Positions 30,102-44,810 are shown, counted from the first letter of the stretch. The stretch is 64,000 nucleotides of DNA from Octopus vulgaris (GCA_951406725.2 OX597822.1:43028001-43092000); one strand, 5' to 3'. The notes: generated by a model from the sequence alone, not told the origin. A program made the numbers and translations.

Positions 30102-30485
30102 AGGCGTAGGAGTGGCTGTGTGGTAAGTAGCTTGCTTACAAACCACATGGTTCCAGGTTCGTGGCACCTTGGGCAAGTGTCTTCTACTATAGCCTCAGGC
30201 CGACCAAAGCTTTGTGAGTGGATTTGGTAGACGGAAACTGAAAGAAGCCTGTCGTATATATGAATGTATGTATGTGTGCGTATATGTTTGTGTGTCTGTG
30301 TTTGTCCCCCAATATCGCTTGACAACCGATGTTGGTGTGTTCACGTCCCCGTAAACTAGTGGTTCGGCAAAAGATACCGATAGAAAAAGTACTAGGCTTA
30401 CAAAGAATAAGTCCTGGGGTCGATTTGCTCGACTAAAGGCGGTGCTCCTGCATGGCCACAATCAAATAACTGAAACAAGTAAAAG
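30102..30485 (+). mobile_element. SINE family A, near full length (tRNA-like head, internal microsatellite, tail)
   Basis: A-box-like tggctgtgtgg, B-box-like ggttc, ccttgggcaagtg core, tail actgaaacaagtaaaa. Confidence 0.9.
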
Positions 30486-30746
30486 CGTATACACATGCTG
30501 ATATATGACCTACGTTGGACTCTTTATTCTCATAATCACCGAACATGGAGCTTAGCTATGGTCTATCCATAGCATTTACACAGCATTACCTGACACCCTC
30601 GGGTTTTATTGGCACCATTACCTCTCATAACCTCTCTCTCTGTCTCTCTGTATATATATATATATATATATATACACACAAATGTATGTATACAAATATA
30701 TATATATATATACATATACATAATACACACATACGCACAAACACAT

Positions 30747-30820
<74 letters not shown>

Positions 30821-30876
30821 CAGAGGGATATTCCACAATTCGAACGTGCTCAAGTAATATTCGGACTGATAACAAT

Positions 30877-30934
<58 letters not shown>

Positions 30935-30968
30935 CCAGCATGCTCATAGCCTGAGGGCGAAACATATA

Positions 30969-31010
<42 letters not shown>

Positions 31011-31012
31011 CA

Positions 31013-31096
31013 TTATATAAAAGGGCTTAGTAAAATAAATTACTTTGCCGCATACTTTATTTTAAGTAATTTATTTTACTAAGCCCTTTTATATAA
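31013..31096. repeat. Perfect 33-bp-arm hairpin
   Basis: ttatataaaagggcttagtaaaataaattactt / aagtaatttattttactaagcccttttatataa. Confidence 0.9.
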
Positions 31097-31192
31097 CGTA
31101 ATAATTTGAATTCGCCTTAAATGGTCCCTTTGCATACTGAACACTTGGTGAAATTGATTAATAATTAATTAATTTTACCCTCAATTGTTGAA

Positions 31193-31224
<32 letters not shown>

Positions 31225-31435
31225 TATAGGATAACATTTTTTTCGGGAAAAAATTTTTATCAATCGCCAGCATATCAAAAAATGCCTTTAAAGGTAAAAT
31301 TTATACATAATTTACAAGATAAGGGCAGAAGAAAAATTCTAATGCCAAATATGCCGAAACAAAAAATTGTCAATAACCATTATAATTTATGCGTCTCGAA
31401 ACAAACCGACAGAAATCTCTAAAAAATTCGTTAAT

Positions 31436-31492
31436 ACCGTATTGGTCCAATTTCGGGGTTAATTCATAAGAAATTATCCCCTCTTCAGCGGC
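31436..31492 (-). ncRNA. Type I hammerhead in a TA-flanked element (about 31220-31515)
   Basis: GCCG-CTGAAGA-GGGGATAATT(tcttatg)AATTAACCCC-GAAA-TTGGACCAA-TA-CGGT. Confidence 0.8.
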
Positions 31493-31512
31493 AAATACGC
31501 GAGATATAAATG

Positions 31513-31573
<61 letters not shown>

Positions 31574-31911
31574 CATACACATTTATACATGTGTATATAC
31601 ACATTTATATCATATATGCATATGCATACATACATTTAACTATTGAGGTGTATATTTGGAGTGTACGTGTAGTATATATATGTGTTTGTCTGTGTATACA
31701 TATGTCTGTTGCAGGTGTATATCCTATGTACATTTCGTATATCTATGGCATGTCACACCAGCATGTATAGTGATATATGTATATGTAATATGTTAGTTTA
31801 CGTTTAAGTGTTAATTGTTGCGGTGTCTATGCCTGATGTTTGTGAGATGTATTTGACGTAATGTGCACTAAACCTGCACTGTTAGATTTACACACACACA
31901 CACAGACACAG

Positions 31912-31961
<50 letters not shown>

Positions 31962-31962
<1 letters not shown>

Positions 31963-32228
31963 AGAAAAAATATTCAAGATAGAAAATGCTAAAATAATTT
32001 TATAAAAAACATTTTAGTACCGGTTTCAGTCATTGAGACTTTTTCAATTATAAGTACGGAAAATAATTAAATTTTGGAAAAATTAAAAGAAAAGTTTTTA
32101 AAGAATATTCGTTTAATTTTTCCAAAATTTAATTGTTTTCCATTCTTACAGTTAAAAAAATGAGTGAAACCGGTACTGAAATGTTTTTTATAAAATTATT
32201 TTAGCATTTTTTATCTTGACTTTTTTTT
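31962..32228. mobile_element. Second copy of the U3-A8 hammerhead foldback family
   Basis: Homologous to 22871-23288; left arm (minus) TTGAAAA-AGTC(tcaat)GACT-GAAA-CCGG-TA-CTAAAA. Confidence 0.8.
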
Positions 32229-32272
32229 CATATATATCAACTCCTGTGTTCCTTTTCAACCTTCTACACACA

Positions 32273-32343
<71 letters not shown>

Positions 32344-32394
32344 CATATCATATCATATTTCGTATATGAGTACATCTATTGCTAGAAAGAATCA

Positions 32395-32640
32395 TTCAAA
32401 TGAGTCCTTGATAATGTAATGTGAGCCCCTTATATGAATCTCGAACCCTGCCAACGATTCGTACATTTTATTGCATAATGCACACTTGTGCTGGCTGGCT
32501 GAAGGTACAGGTGTCACAGTATGAAGTGTTTTGATATATCTTTTTAATCCTCTAACTGAACGGCACATCTTTCCACACGTTGTGAACAATTTACAAGTGG
32601 TTGATTCCTGTGACTTCCTTGTTGACTGACCAGGCCTGCA
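32395..32640 (-). pseudogene. Two C2H2-like fingers, probably the 3' end of an RTE-type LINE
   Basis: TCGKMCRSVRGLKRYIKTLH...CALCNKMYESLAGFEIHIRGSH; frameshift at the first Cys pair; no TGEKP linker. Confidence 0.45.
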
Positions 32641-32690
32641 TGACTCAAGCTATCCCTCCTACAAATCATACACGTAAAAAACAACACTCC

Positions 32691-33065
32691 TTTATTACCT
32701 CCGTCTTCTTTAAGGCGGTGCTATTGTCTTCAGTCGCGTTTGTTTGTTTGTTTGTTTGTCTGTGGTTATCTCAAGAACCGCTTAATGGATTCTGATGAAA
32801 CTTTCAGGGATGTTTGGCCTCGTAACTGGCTCGAACTGATTAAATCTTGGGATCGACCCGGTACCGGACAAGAAGTCTGAATTATTTTTCCGTTTTTTTT
32901 TTACTTAATTTTTCAAAGCGGTCGGGCTCATTTGTAGTTCTCTCGTTTGTGAGAGCAGTCGAGTTTATTTCAGATATTCTCATTTTAAAAATCATCTCTG
33001 GCTAATCGTTGAGAGGACGTTGGTGTTGCCATGGCGGAGGTTTGCGCTCTCTGAGTGCTCTTATT
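32691..33065 (+). mobile_element. DINE-1-like / Helentron-associated non-autonomous element (HINE)
   Basis: 5' subTIR tacctccgtc, (GTTT)n, 3' subTIR ggcggaggt, terminal hairpin gcgctc-tct-gagtgc, T-rich flanks. Confidence 0.8.
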
Positions 33066-33154
33066 TTCTATTGGTTCTTTCTTTCTAAGCATTCTTTTGA
33101 TCTCGTGCTTCATTCTCTCTTTCAAATTCCGAACATCCACATACGCACACTCAC

Positions 33155-33209
<55 letters not shown>

Positions 33210-33216
33210 AACACAC

Positions 33217-33247
<31 letters not shown>

Positions 33248-33860
33248 TACAGACACACACACATACACATACACAGACACAGACAGACGCACACACACAT
33301 ACACACACACATGTAGTTTACTATTCCGTTATGGTAAGACCTACTAAAAAGTACTCAATCCAGTGAAAGAAAAATATCCAATGGACACAGTATAAAGGTA
33401 CAAGCTACTAATAGTTTCTTGCCATTAAGCCACGTGGTTAGGCAGGTTTCATAACGTGCCTTGTGTCCCTAAACAATCTGAGGCTTTAAGCCTAAGAAAG
33501 ATTTCTTGGTGACAAACACCTTCGGATAAATAGGAAAATTTGACGTTTCTCTATCTTGTATGTGTATACGAATAGGAAGGCTATTGTTACTAAGGAAACA
33601 TAATAGTAATGAGAAAATATTTAAAAAATCGCCGAGTAAAAGCGATGAAACTAAAACACAGTCGTGTTCTTAATATGTTTGAAGTTGAAGCTGTTCTCTT
33701 GTTACAAAAATAAGTACTGGGGTCGATTCATTCCACTGAAACTCCTTCAAAGCGGTGCCCCAGCATGGCGCAGTCTAATGACTGAAACAAGCAAAAGATA
33801 AATGATAATAAATCATATTATTATTATTATTGTTGTTGTTGTTGTTGTTGTCGTTGTTGC

Positions 33861-33941
<81 letters not shown>

Positions 33942-33944
<3 letters not shown>

Positions 33945-34150
33945 GGCGGCGAGCTGGCAAAAAGTCGTTAGCACTCCGGGCGGTATTTCGTCTGCCGTTA
34001 CGTTCTGAGTTCAAATTCCACTGAGGTCGTCTTTGCCATTCATCCTTTCAGGGACGATAAATTAAGTACCAGTTGAGTGCTAGGGTCGATGTGATCGACT
34101 GTTCCCCTCCCCACAAAATCCAGGCATTGTGCCTATAGTAAGAAGGATTA
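33942..34150 (+). mobile_element. SINE family B
   Basis: aaggcggcgagctggca...; preceded by (ATT)n and a SINE A tail at about 33700-33800. Confidence 0.85.
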
Positions 34151-34472
34151 TTATTTATGTTACTTTGGCTATGATTTGAATTTCTGTTCTACTCTATTAA
34201 ATGCGAAATTAATCAGCCCCTTTAATTATATACCCTTATTTATATCTTTCTACCTTTTATTGTTTTCCTATGCTTCATGATCCTTGTCTTTAATCATTCT
34301 GTCTCCCTTCTGCCTTCCTATTTCCTTTCTCTTTTATTCTAATCATCACAGTCCCTTTGATGTTACTCCTGGCGTACCCTTCCCATTTAGGCAATCATTC
34401 CCAATGATGTCGTTATGTTAACTATAACCCTAATTTTAATACCGTCATCTTTTCTCGGAGAACCTTCCACAG

Positions 34473-34503
<31 letters not shown>

Positions 34504-35023
34504 TTCCCTTGGCATGCATGACGGCTCAGATGGCATGCCTAACGGCTTTGTTGATTTATCTAGAAGTATACAAGACCGTCTGTTCTTTGATCATTTTGCT
34601 CTGCACATTTCTATAGGCATGACGAAATGATTAGCGGCTCGCTATTTCACTCTAACCCGCCAACTCCTATTGTATTTATACAGGTACTCATTCGGCTGCA
34701 AGCAAGGTCATAATGAAATGGCATAACCGGGTTACATTTAATATTACATGAAGTTACAAAATCATTGTTTATATCGATTCCACCGTGTTAAATGATTTAT
34801 CGAGCCCGTCTGTTATTGAAACGATTGTAACTGCATAATAAATGTGATATAAATATCTTCAATGTTTCGTTCATTTTATGTTATTCTCTGCGGTTGACGA
34901 AAGTCGGCATTGTCAGTTTGTGTTGAATACTTGGTTTTATTTGATCAGTTTTCCGTTGGTACATCCAGATAGCCAGGTTTCATATGAGTGCTGCCTCGTC
35001 GGTATTTCCTCTTTCACATACTA

Positions 35024-35118
<95 letters not shown>

Positions 35119-35269
35119 ATCTATCTACCCAGAAGCTTGTTTCCCAACCACATGGGCCCGGGTTCAGTTCCATTTAGCGGCACATTATGCAAGTGCCTTC
35201 TACTATAGCCCCGGACCGAGCAAAGCCTTGTACGTGGATTTTGTTGACGGAAACTGAAAGAAGTTCGCA

Positions 35270-35464
35270 CATTTTTTCTCTCTCCGTTCTTTTTCGTCCT
35301 CTCTCCACTTCTATCCTCTCAATCCTTTCTGTGGAAGGTCAAACGCTCGAAACGGCATAAACTTTTCCATTTTTCTCGAGTTTTAAACTAATACACTTGT
35401 TTGTTATTCCCTCACATGTCTTCATCTTTTGTTTTCTGTAAATTTGAAATATATATAGAAAAAT

Positions 35465-35520
<56 letters not shown>

Positions 35521-35700
35521 CGACTGCTATCCACTAAAGCGTTTTTTTAATTATCTCTCAGTTTATTTTCTCGTGTTCCTGTTGAAGAGCGTAGGCTCGA
35601 AATGTAAAAGACTTTCTCACCTCCTCGAGCGTTAAACTAATACACTTGTTTGTTGTTTACACACCTGTCTTCGTCTTTTGTTTTTTTGTAAATCCCAATA
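35270..35700 (+). mobile_element. Two tandem copies of the CTGTNGAA-hammerhead short element
   Basis: 35579-35610 CTGTTGAA-GAGC(gtag)GCTC-GAAA-TG-TA-AAAG; decayed copy at about 35324-35360; each ends in (TA)n. Confidence 0.7.
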
Positions 35701-35702
35701 TG

Positions 35703-35741
<39 letters not shown>

Positions 35742-35743
<2 letters not shown>

Positions 35744-36124
35744 AAGCACTCCGTCGGTTACGACGACGAGGGTTCCGGTTGATCCGATCAACGGAACAGC
35801 CTGCTCGTGAAATTAACGTGTAAGTGGCTGAGCACTCCACAGACACGTGTACCCTTAACATAGTTCTCGGGGATATTCAGCGTGACACAGAGAGTGACAA
35901 GGCCGGCCCTTTTGAAATACAGGTACAACAGAAACAGGAAGTAAGAGTGAGAGAAAGTTGTGGTGAAAGAGTACAGCAGGGATCACCACCATCCCCTGCC
36001 GGAGCCTCGTGGAGCTTTAGGTGTTTTCGCTCAATAAACACTCACAACGCCCGGTCTGGGAATCGAAACCACGATCCTACGACCGCGAGTCCGCTGCCCG
36101 AACCACTGGGCCATTGCACCTCCA
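35742..36124 (-). mobile_element. SINE family C, tRNA-derived head
   Basis: Minus head tggaggtgcaatggcccagtggtt...gtttcgattcccagaccgggc has A and B boxes. Confidence 0.85.
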
Positions 36125-36139
36125 ACATATATATATATA

Positions 36140-36600
36140 TGATGGATTCTCTTGTCGTGAACGACATATGAGTAAAATAAAGCGTTGCTCATGTTCTATG
36201 AACGAGTCTCTTGAGGCCTGCTGGTGCCTTGTAAACCTTTTTGGCAAATGGAACAAGTTCAGAACTCAACTTGAGTGTTTGTGGATCATTTACTATGTGT
36301 TTTCTTAATTTGACGGCTAGGTCAACTTTGCTTCGTGCCACAAAGCCACAATGACTAGTAAGGTTTCCATTTAGTTTTTTTTCCCAGCATGCCTTCATGT
36401 TTGCACGAAGTTGATCCCGACTTTGCTCAAATCTTTGAACTGAAGAAAAGCAGGACTGGTGCCAGGCCCTGCGTTCTAATGCTTTGTTTTCCCAGGGAGA
36501 AAAGGGAATGTTGCATCGCCTCAAATTGTCTTTTAGTTTGTCTTTGAAGCACAAGAGTTCCGACTGACCTTTCAACTGACTTTTCTGTTGGGAATTGGCC
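36140..36600 (-). pseudogene. RTE-clade LINE 3' end
   Basis: FKDKLKDNLRRCNIPFSPWENKALERRAWHQSCFSSVQRFE...HCGFVARSKVDL. Confidence 0.8.
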
Positions 36601-37865
36601 ATGTCTATATGTGGTGTCTTTGTGTATGCTTTTATCTCTCATTAATGCTTGACAACCGGAATTGTTTTGTGTACGTCCCCGTAAGTTAGCAGCTCGGCCA
36701 AAGAGACCGATAGAATAAGTACTAGGCTTTTCAAAAAAAAAAAGGGACTGGGGTCGATTCATTTGTCTAAGTCCTCTAACTTCTTCCCATGAAAATTAAC
36801 TACTAACCGGCCCCTAAACTCTTCTTCTTCTTCTTCTTCTTCTTCTTCTTCTTCTTCTTCTTCTTCTTCTTCTTCTTCTTCTTCTTCTTCTTCTTCTTCT
36901 TCTTCTTCTTCTTCTTCTCCTCCTCCTCCTCCTCCTCCTCCTCCTCCTTCTTCTTTCCTTCATTCTTTTGTCTTTGCCTTTTCACGAAAACACACACACA
37001 CACACACACACGTAAACGTCGGACTTCCGTACAGTTTCCGTCTATCAAATTTGACTCATATGGCAGAGTTGCGCAATGGGATCGAACTAGGAAAACATGC
37101 AGTTGCGAAGCGAATATCTGATCCACTGACTAATGTCTGTGTCCATATACAATAAATACATATATAAAAGCAGATAAATATGCACGCATTCATAAAAACA
37201 AACACAGAGGTGCTCTCTCACACACACAGACACACACAAACGCGCATATGCATATACACAGATATACACATACCACAGACATTAATGTTGCCCCCTTTTC
37301 TGGACATAGACATATAATCCCACAAATGGTTATGGGAGATGGTTTTTATCAATTACCACTAGAAAAATCAGGAAAATATTTGAACGAAGGATAAAAGGCA
37401 GAAAGGAAAAAAGAGAGTGAGAGAGAGAGAGAACGAGACATAGTGTGTGTGTGTGTGTGTTAGAGAGAGAGAGAGAATAGCAGAAGTGACCATATCCAAA
37501 TCGATAAAGCAATCAGATCGGGTGTCGTCTGCTTTATTGATTTTGGTCAATTTTGTTTTTTCTCATCTCAACCATATTTCGTTCGGGTTTGAAGAATCTG
37601 TTGAAAGGTAAACTTAACAAGACAGAGGGAGAGAGAAAGCATTAGAGGGAAAAAGAGAAAGACAGAGCGAGAGAGAGAGAGAGAGAGAAAGAAAGAAAGA
37701 AAGAGAAAGAGAGAAAGAGGAGGGGTAGACAGAAGAAGAGAGAGAATGAGAAAAGCAAACAAAAATGAGCAAAAAAAAGTAAACAAATCAAAATGGCAAA
37801 AGATGATCTCTTTGTCCCATTACATCACTAAGTATTTCGGAAAAGGGCTTATATATATATATATC

Positions 37866-37951
<86 letters not shown>

Positions 37952-37952
37952 A

Positions 37953-37993
<41 letters not shown>

Positions 37994-38225
37994 TATTTAT
38001 ATACATATATGTATATATATACATATACATATGTATCTGTTATATATCTCTCTCCAAATAAATGTGTGTGTATGTATATATATATATGATATGTATATTA
38101 TATATAAAGATAGACAAACATATATGTATATATATGTATACATTATACACACACATCTATATATATACACACTTATATATACGTACACACATACACAAAT
38201 ATATGTATACATATATGTACGTGTT

Positions 38226-38304
<79 letters not shown>

Positions 38305-38561
38305 GCTTATCTTTCTATCTATCTACCTATCTGCACGGCTCGTTATTCTTGTTGTTTAATGTCGACCAAGGCGGCACGATGGACTAATATAACTTTGATC
38401 TATGAGAGATGAGGGAATTGAATGGATGCCTTTTTCATTTCGATCAGCTGCCCATTTGTATTTCATGAAAACATCTAATGTGATATCCTAATATTTGGGT
38501 AGCAATAGTGGATGCTAAGTGTGTGTGTGTGTGTGTGCATGTGTGTATGTGCATGTGTGTA

Positions 38562-38603
<42 letters not shown>

Positions 38604-38723
38604 TGAGTGTATATGTGTGCGTGCGTGTGTATGTGCGTGTGTATAGACAATCATGTATATATATGCATAGATAAATATATGTATACATATATGACAAATA
38701 TTCATATACCTGTGCCTATAAAT

Positions 38724-38762
<39 letters not shown>

Positions 38763-39254
38763 GTCATATATATACACATGCATATATGTCCATATGTGTT
38801 TGTGTGTATCTAGAAGTGTATGTGTCTTAGTGTGTTCTCTTATATATGTGTAATAGAGTTCTGTATATATACAAACATATATAAACAAGTTGATATCATA
38901 TATATATATATATGCATGTGTGAGTTTTTGTATGTATATATATGTAGGTATATATGTATATATATTATGTATATATCTATACTTATACGTAATAAATATA
39001 TATATATTAATGTGTGTATATGAATATGTATTTGTTTGTGCGTGAGCATGTGTGTAAAAATGTATGTGTTTCATAAGTAAGCACATTTCATATACATATG
39101 ATTTATGCAGAAGCCTTTGAGCGCTTTTGTAAATTGATAACTTTCTATATACACAAGCATGCATATATATATGCTATCATTTGCTCAAACACATAAGCGT
39201 GAATACTGGTGTGCATATATATATACTATATGTATAAATACATATATATATAAA

Positions 39255-39341
<87 letters not shown>

Positions 39342-39514
39342 GGGAGAGATTTCTGTTCTGGTAATCACAGTAGCAACAACTAAGAAAGAACTCAATACTA
39401 AACTCAGAGTATAGTGTAATTAGATTTTTCATATTCATACAACGTGGCTGTTCTGCTTCGGTAAAGCACCCCGTTGCTAGTCTGCATCGGAAAATGTGAG
39501 TGTCTGTGTGTGTA

Positions 39515-39714
39515 TGTATTCTTTTATTTGTTTTAGTCATTTGTCTGCGGCAATGCTGCTGCACTGCCTTTGTCGAACAAATCGACCCCAGGACTTATTC
39601 TTTGTAAGCAAAGTACTTATTCTATTAGTCTCTTTTTGTCGAACTGCTAAGTTACGGGACGTAAACACAAACATTTGCTGTCAAGCTATGGTGGGGGACA
39701 GACAGACACACAAG

Positions 39715-39794
<80 letters not shown>

Positions 39795-39950
39795 CACGAC
39801 GGGGTTCTTTCAGTTCCCGTCTGCCAAATCCACTCACAGGATTTGGGATGGCCTGAAGTCATATTAGAAGACACTTGCCCAAGGTGCAACGCATTGGGAC
39901 TGGACTCGGAACCAGGTGGTTGGTAAATAAGCTACTTAACACATAGCCAC
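39515..39950 (-). mobile_element. SINE family A
   Basis: Reverse complement of the family A consensus with an internal (CA)(TA) tract. Confidence 0.85.
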
Positions 39951-39953
39951 TAC

Positions 39954-40032
<79 letters not shown>

Positions 40033-40340
40033 TTATTGGCTTTGTCGTAAGAAGTTTGGGCTAAGATCTTCTACTTTAAACACATTTACGACCAAAATTT
40101 TGCGAGTGGTTTTCGTTGACGCAAGCTGAAAGAATAAGTACCGTCCTTAAAAAGTACTTTCTTGGGTACAGGGGTAGATTTGTTCGAAAAATAACCCTTC
40201 AAGGCGGTTCCCGATCGGTTCCAGTTCAATAACTGTAACAAGTAAAAGATTATATATACATATACACGTAGATACCTACCTACCTACCTACCTACCTACC
40301 TACCTACATACATACATACATATATACACATATATATATA

Positions 40341-40690
<350 letters not shown>

Positions 40691-41019
40691 CATGTATATA
40701 TATATGTATATATATATGTATATATATAAATGTATATATATAAATTTATATCTATATATCTATTTATATATACATACATGTATATATATACATGTCTATA
40801 TATACGTATAAATACATATATGCACACATGCATACACACGTACATACATACATGCACATATATATGTGTGAATGTGCGTGTATATATATATATGTATATA
40901 TACATACACACACACACACACATATATATATACATTTATATATATATACATATATATATATGCCCATATATATATACACATTCATTCATGTACAAAACAC
41001 ACACACACACACACACACA

Positions 41020-41290
41020 ATGTATCCATCCAGGTCGATGAATTGGCGCATTGTTAAAGCTTCCTCCATAACGCCCCTGTGGTATCTCTTGCGTTTTTAT
41101 ACGTTCTGAAAGCAACGTCTGCGACGACACTGGCTCCGGATGGTGGCCTTTCTCTAGGATAAACAACGGTGGTGGGGAGAGGTAAAGCTTTCATGCATGA
41201 ATAACTGTCAGTCTTCGTGTAAAAAAATAATGCTTGCTTAGGTCTGCGCATACAAATGCAGAAACATGGCAAACCTGAATGAAAGAGGAC
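41020..41290 (-). pseudogene. Probable RTE-type LINE 3' remnant
   Basis: Degenerate CMRRP... and ARDTTGALWRKL C-terminal pattern. Confidence 0.4.
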
Positions 41291-41295
41291 TTTCC

Positions 41296-41359
<64 letters not shown>

Positions 41360-41507
41360 GTCTGTCTGTCTGTCTGTCAGTCTGTCTGTATGTCTGCCTG
41401 CCTGTCTGTCTCAGTTTCTCTCTCTCTTTCTATCTCTCTCTCTGTCTATCTATCCACTCATCCAGCTATCAATCTACCTATCCACCATCAAGCCATCCAT
41501 CCAGCTG

Positions 41508-41620
41508 TCTGGACGCAATAGATAACTTTAGGCCCATCACTCTGCTCAATGCAAACTTGAAAATTTTAGCCAAGGTGTTAGCCAAGAGGTTGGCGCTTGT
41601 CATGACAACCTCCATCTGAT
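41508..41620 (+). pseudogene. L1/Tx1-type RT fragment
   Basis: [27 protein letters not shown]. Confidence 0.8.
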
Positions 41621-41713
41621 GCGCTACATCATAGAACTCAGAACGTAGTGACGGGCGAAATACCGCTGTGAGCATTTCGTCCAACGTATGAACGACTCTG
41701 CCAGCGCACCGCC

Positions 41714-41771
<58 letters not shown>

Positions 41772-41773
<2 letters not shown>

Positions 41774-42300
41774 GCCCTGATGCAGTATCAGGCAGTGGTT
41801 CTCATGGCTTCTGATTGGAAGTGTTATCATATACATTGTTTTGTCTTGGTATAAAAAATGGGCTACAGCAAATATTCTGCTCAATACCAAAGATTTGCTT
41901 GTCAGTTGAGCATGTCCCTTAGTGGCTGACAATACGTGCATCTCTGATCACGAGCAGAAGTAGTGGGGAAGCATCATAGCCATGTGTTGAAGGGGATTCT
42001 TTGGGGTTTGGATAATACACCTTTGGAAACATGGGTGTTTCGTTCAACATCCTTAAACAAACCTTGTTCAGGGACCTTTTGAGCGGGATGGACTACTCGA
42101 CCAGAAGAAAATTCTAACTGGGCACCACCTGCAAGGTCATGCGCTGTTAATCTTGATATGATATCACCACGTCGTGTACATATGGTTGTGATGCATGTGC
42201 CTGGTGTACCCTTATCAGACAGGTAGTCATGATGGGTATACTGGGCTTTGTATATTTTACTCCAATGTCACTTTGATAGCATGCACTGCTCTCTCACACA
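41772..42300 (+). mobile_element. (AAT)n-associated element family D
   Basis: atgccctgatgcagta...gcatgcactgctctctcac, with (AAT)n on both sides. Confidence 0.85.
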
Positions 42301-43157
42301 ATAATAGTAACAATAATAATCCTTTCTACTACAGGCACAAGGCCTGACATTTTTGGGGAGGGGACTAGTCGATTACATTGACCCCCAGTGTTCAGTTGGT
42401 GCTTATTTTCTCAACCCTGAAAAGGATGAAAGGCAAAGTCGACCTGGGTGAAATTTGAACTCTGAACGTAAAGACGGGCGAAATGCCGCCAGTCTTTTTT
42501 CCCGGCGTGCTGACGATTCTGCTAAAGTCCTAATTATCAGGGGAGTGGGTGGCGCAAATTAATTACATAACTTCAGTATTTTGACTGATATTTTACTTAC
42601 AACCTCTTTGGTTGTAAAACCAACTTTACAAAATAAACTGTGTTAAGCTGACATTAAAAAGCAACTCTAAACAGCATCACAGATATTACAGAAATAATAA
42701 CGAATGTTTCGTAAAATATCTTCCGCAGAGACCTCGAAAAATATGAAATTAGTTCGTGTTTAGAGCAATAATATAATAGATCATAATGGCAGCGAAGACA
42801 AAAGGGCACTCAGAGATAATATCATGTCCTATATATTAAAGTAAATATACATTTTCGTATTTATCGGAATATTTTAGTAGCAGTAATTTTCTCATTGTTC
42901 TGTATTGATGACAGTGTCACAACCAATTATTTGACGGTTGCGAGTACAAGAAATAGGCTTCTTAAACGAGAAGATATTGTTAATATGAATATATATTTAC
43001 CGCAAAATATATAAACAAGATTTTATGTCCTGTTCTCCAATATGTTTTAGCTATCATTATATTTCATTATATTAAACACGAATGCTTATTTGATATACAA
43101 AAAAATATTTTCGTTATAGTTGCCAGATATCTGTCGGTATCATTAACGTATACTGTC

Positions 43158-43690
43158 GGGTGGCGAGCTGGCAGAAACGTTAGCAAGCCGGGCGAAATGC
43201 TTAGCGCTATTTCGTCTGCCGCTACGTTCTGAGTTCAAATTACGCCGAGGTCGACTTTGTCTTTCATGCTTTCGAGGTCGATAAATTATGTACTAGTTAA
43301 GTACTGGGGTCGATGTCGTCGACTCGCCCCTTCCCCCCAAATTTCAGGCCTTGTGCTTACAGTAGAAAAGTTAATTAAAGTATATTGTAAGGCGGCGAGC
43401 TGGCAGAATCGTTAGCACGCCGGGCGAAATGTTTAGCGGTATTTCGTCTGCCGTTACGTTCTGAGTTCAAATTCCGCCGAGGTCGACTTTGCCTTTCATC
43501 TTTTCGGGGTTGATTAAATAAGTACCAGTTATGCACTGAGGTCGATATAATCGACTTAATCCGTTTGTCTGTCCTTGTTTGTCCCCTCTGTGTGTAGCCC
43601 CTTGTGGGCAGTAAAGAAATAAGAAACGTTAGCACGCCGGACGAAACGCATAGCGGTATTTCGTCTGTCTTCACGTTCTGAGTTCAAATG
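43158..43690 (+). mobile_element. Tandem SINE family B copies (43158-43372, 43389-43620, partial 43621-43690)
   Basis: Repeated gagctggcagaa...gttctgagttcaaat heads. Confidence 0.85.
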
Positions 43691-44089
43691 TGGGTAGAGC
43701 TCTCAGGCAGCTCATTCAATGGGTCCCGTCAGAACAGAATCAAGCGCCATGAGAGAAACACGTGAAATCTCAGAACTCTTACTTAATTCAGTTTATTTCA
43801 ATATATTTTCCCTTTTCATGATTACTGACTGTTCTTTTAAAAATAAGTGAAATCGGTGGCACATCTTGATAAGAACGGGAATACATTATTTTATCCATGA
43901 CAAAATTCCCAGAGCATTTTATATTCTTTGCTTATATACACTTTGATAGGTTTCGGCCAGTATTGGTCCAGGCCATGACTAACTTAATACCACCACCTGG
44001 CAAAGTCATTCAAATCAGGAATCGAACATGGCCCACTCGAGCAGAGAGTTATTGTTTATGGAAACATATCCAAGTGTAGGAAGTTTACT

Positions 44090-44807
44090 GGGATTTTTTA
44101 AAAGGAATTTGTTCAAGGACTTCTTGAACTTTATGGGGTCTGTTTCAGCTTTAATGTGCTTTGGTGTAATGTTAAAGAGGTTGGTATCAATTGAAGTGAA
44201 ATAATTGTGCCGTTATTGTTGCTATGTGATGCAAGTATAATTCATGTTGTGGGCAGATAGCAGGGGGCCCAAGTCTTGAGTGTATCTTAAAGGTGATGCT
44301 AACATCATTTGGGCAATGCTGATGGAATATTTTCCCAATCATGCAGAGGAGATAGCGCTCACTGCGGCGATGGATAGAAAAAAGCTTGAGCTTTTTTAGC
44401 CGACCCCAATAGTCAAAGACTGTCATACCATCTATCTCTTTTGTAATTGATCTTTGAGGTGCTTCAACTTCCATGATACTTTGTTACGCGTGGAGAGACC
44501 ACTGTGGACAACAGTATTCAAGGTGGGATCGGGGCAAAAGTGGAGAAGAGAAGGATAATGGCCTGAATATCTCTCGACTGGAAGGTTCTGAGAACCCAGG
44601 AACACATTCTGCGGGCCATGTCAACTTTGCTGTTTATATGAGCGGACCAGCTTATGATGTCCACAATTACTCCCAAGTCTCCGATGTTGTTGGATGCCAT
44701 GAAAGTTTCACCTGAAGGAAGGGAGTATAGGGTTTTCAGGGTATTCTCTTTTCCGAAGTGGATTAACTCTCAAATGTGTCCTCATTGAGCAGCATATTCT
44801 TTTCAGC

Positions 44808-44810
<3 letters not shown>
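44090..44810 (-). pseudogene. CR1/L2-group LINE 3' remnant
   Basis: DLGVIVD..SWSAHI...WVLRTFQSRD...PQRSITKEI...YWGRLKKLKLFSIHRRSERY. Confidence 0.85.

Noticed and set aside
30860-30972. Split hammerhead ctgataa...(TA)n...gccc...gggc-gaaa-catata
   Set aside because: No stem I or valid cleavage triplet can be assigned.
32392-32589. Host C2H2 zinc-finger gene exon
   Set aside because: Frameshifted first finger, no TGEKP linker and no clear splice context; resembles RTE-type ORF ends.
36050-36124. tRNA gene
   Set aside because: It is the tRNA-derived head of SINE family C and continues into a repeat body also seen at 17140.
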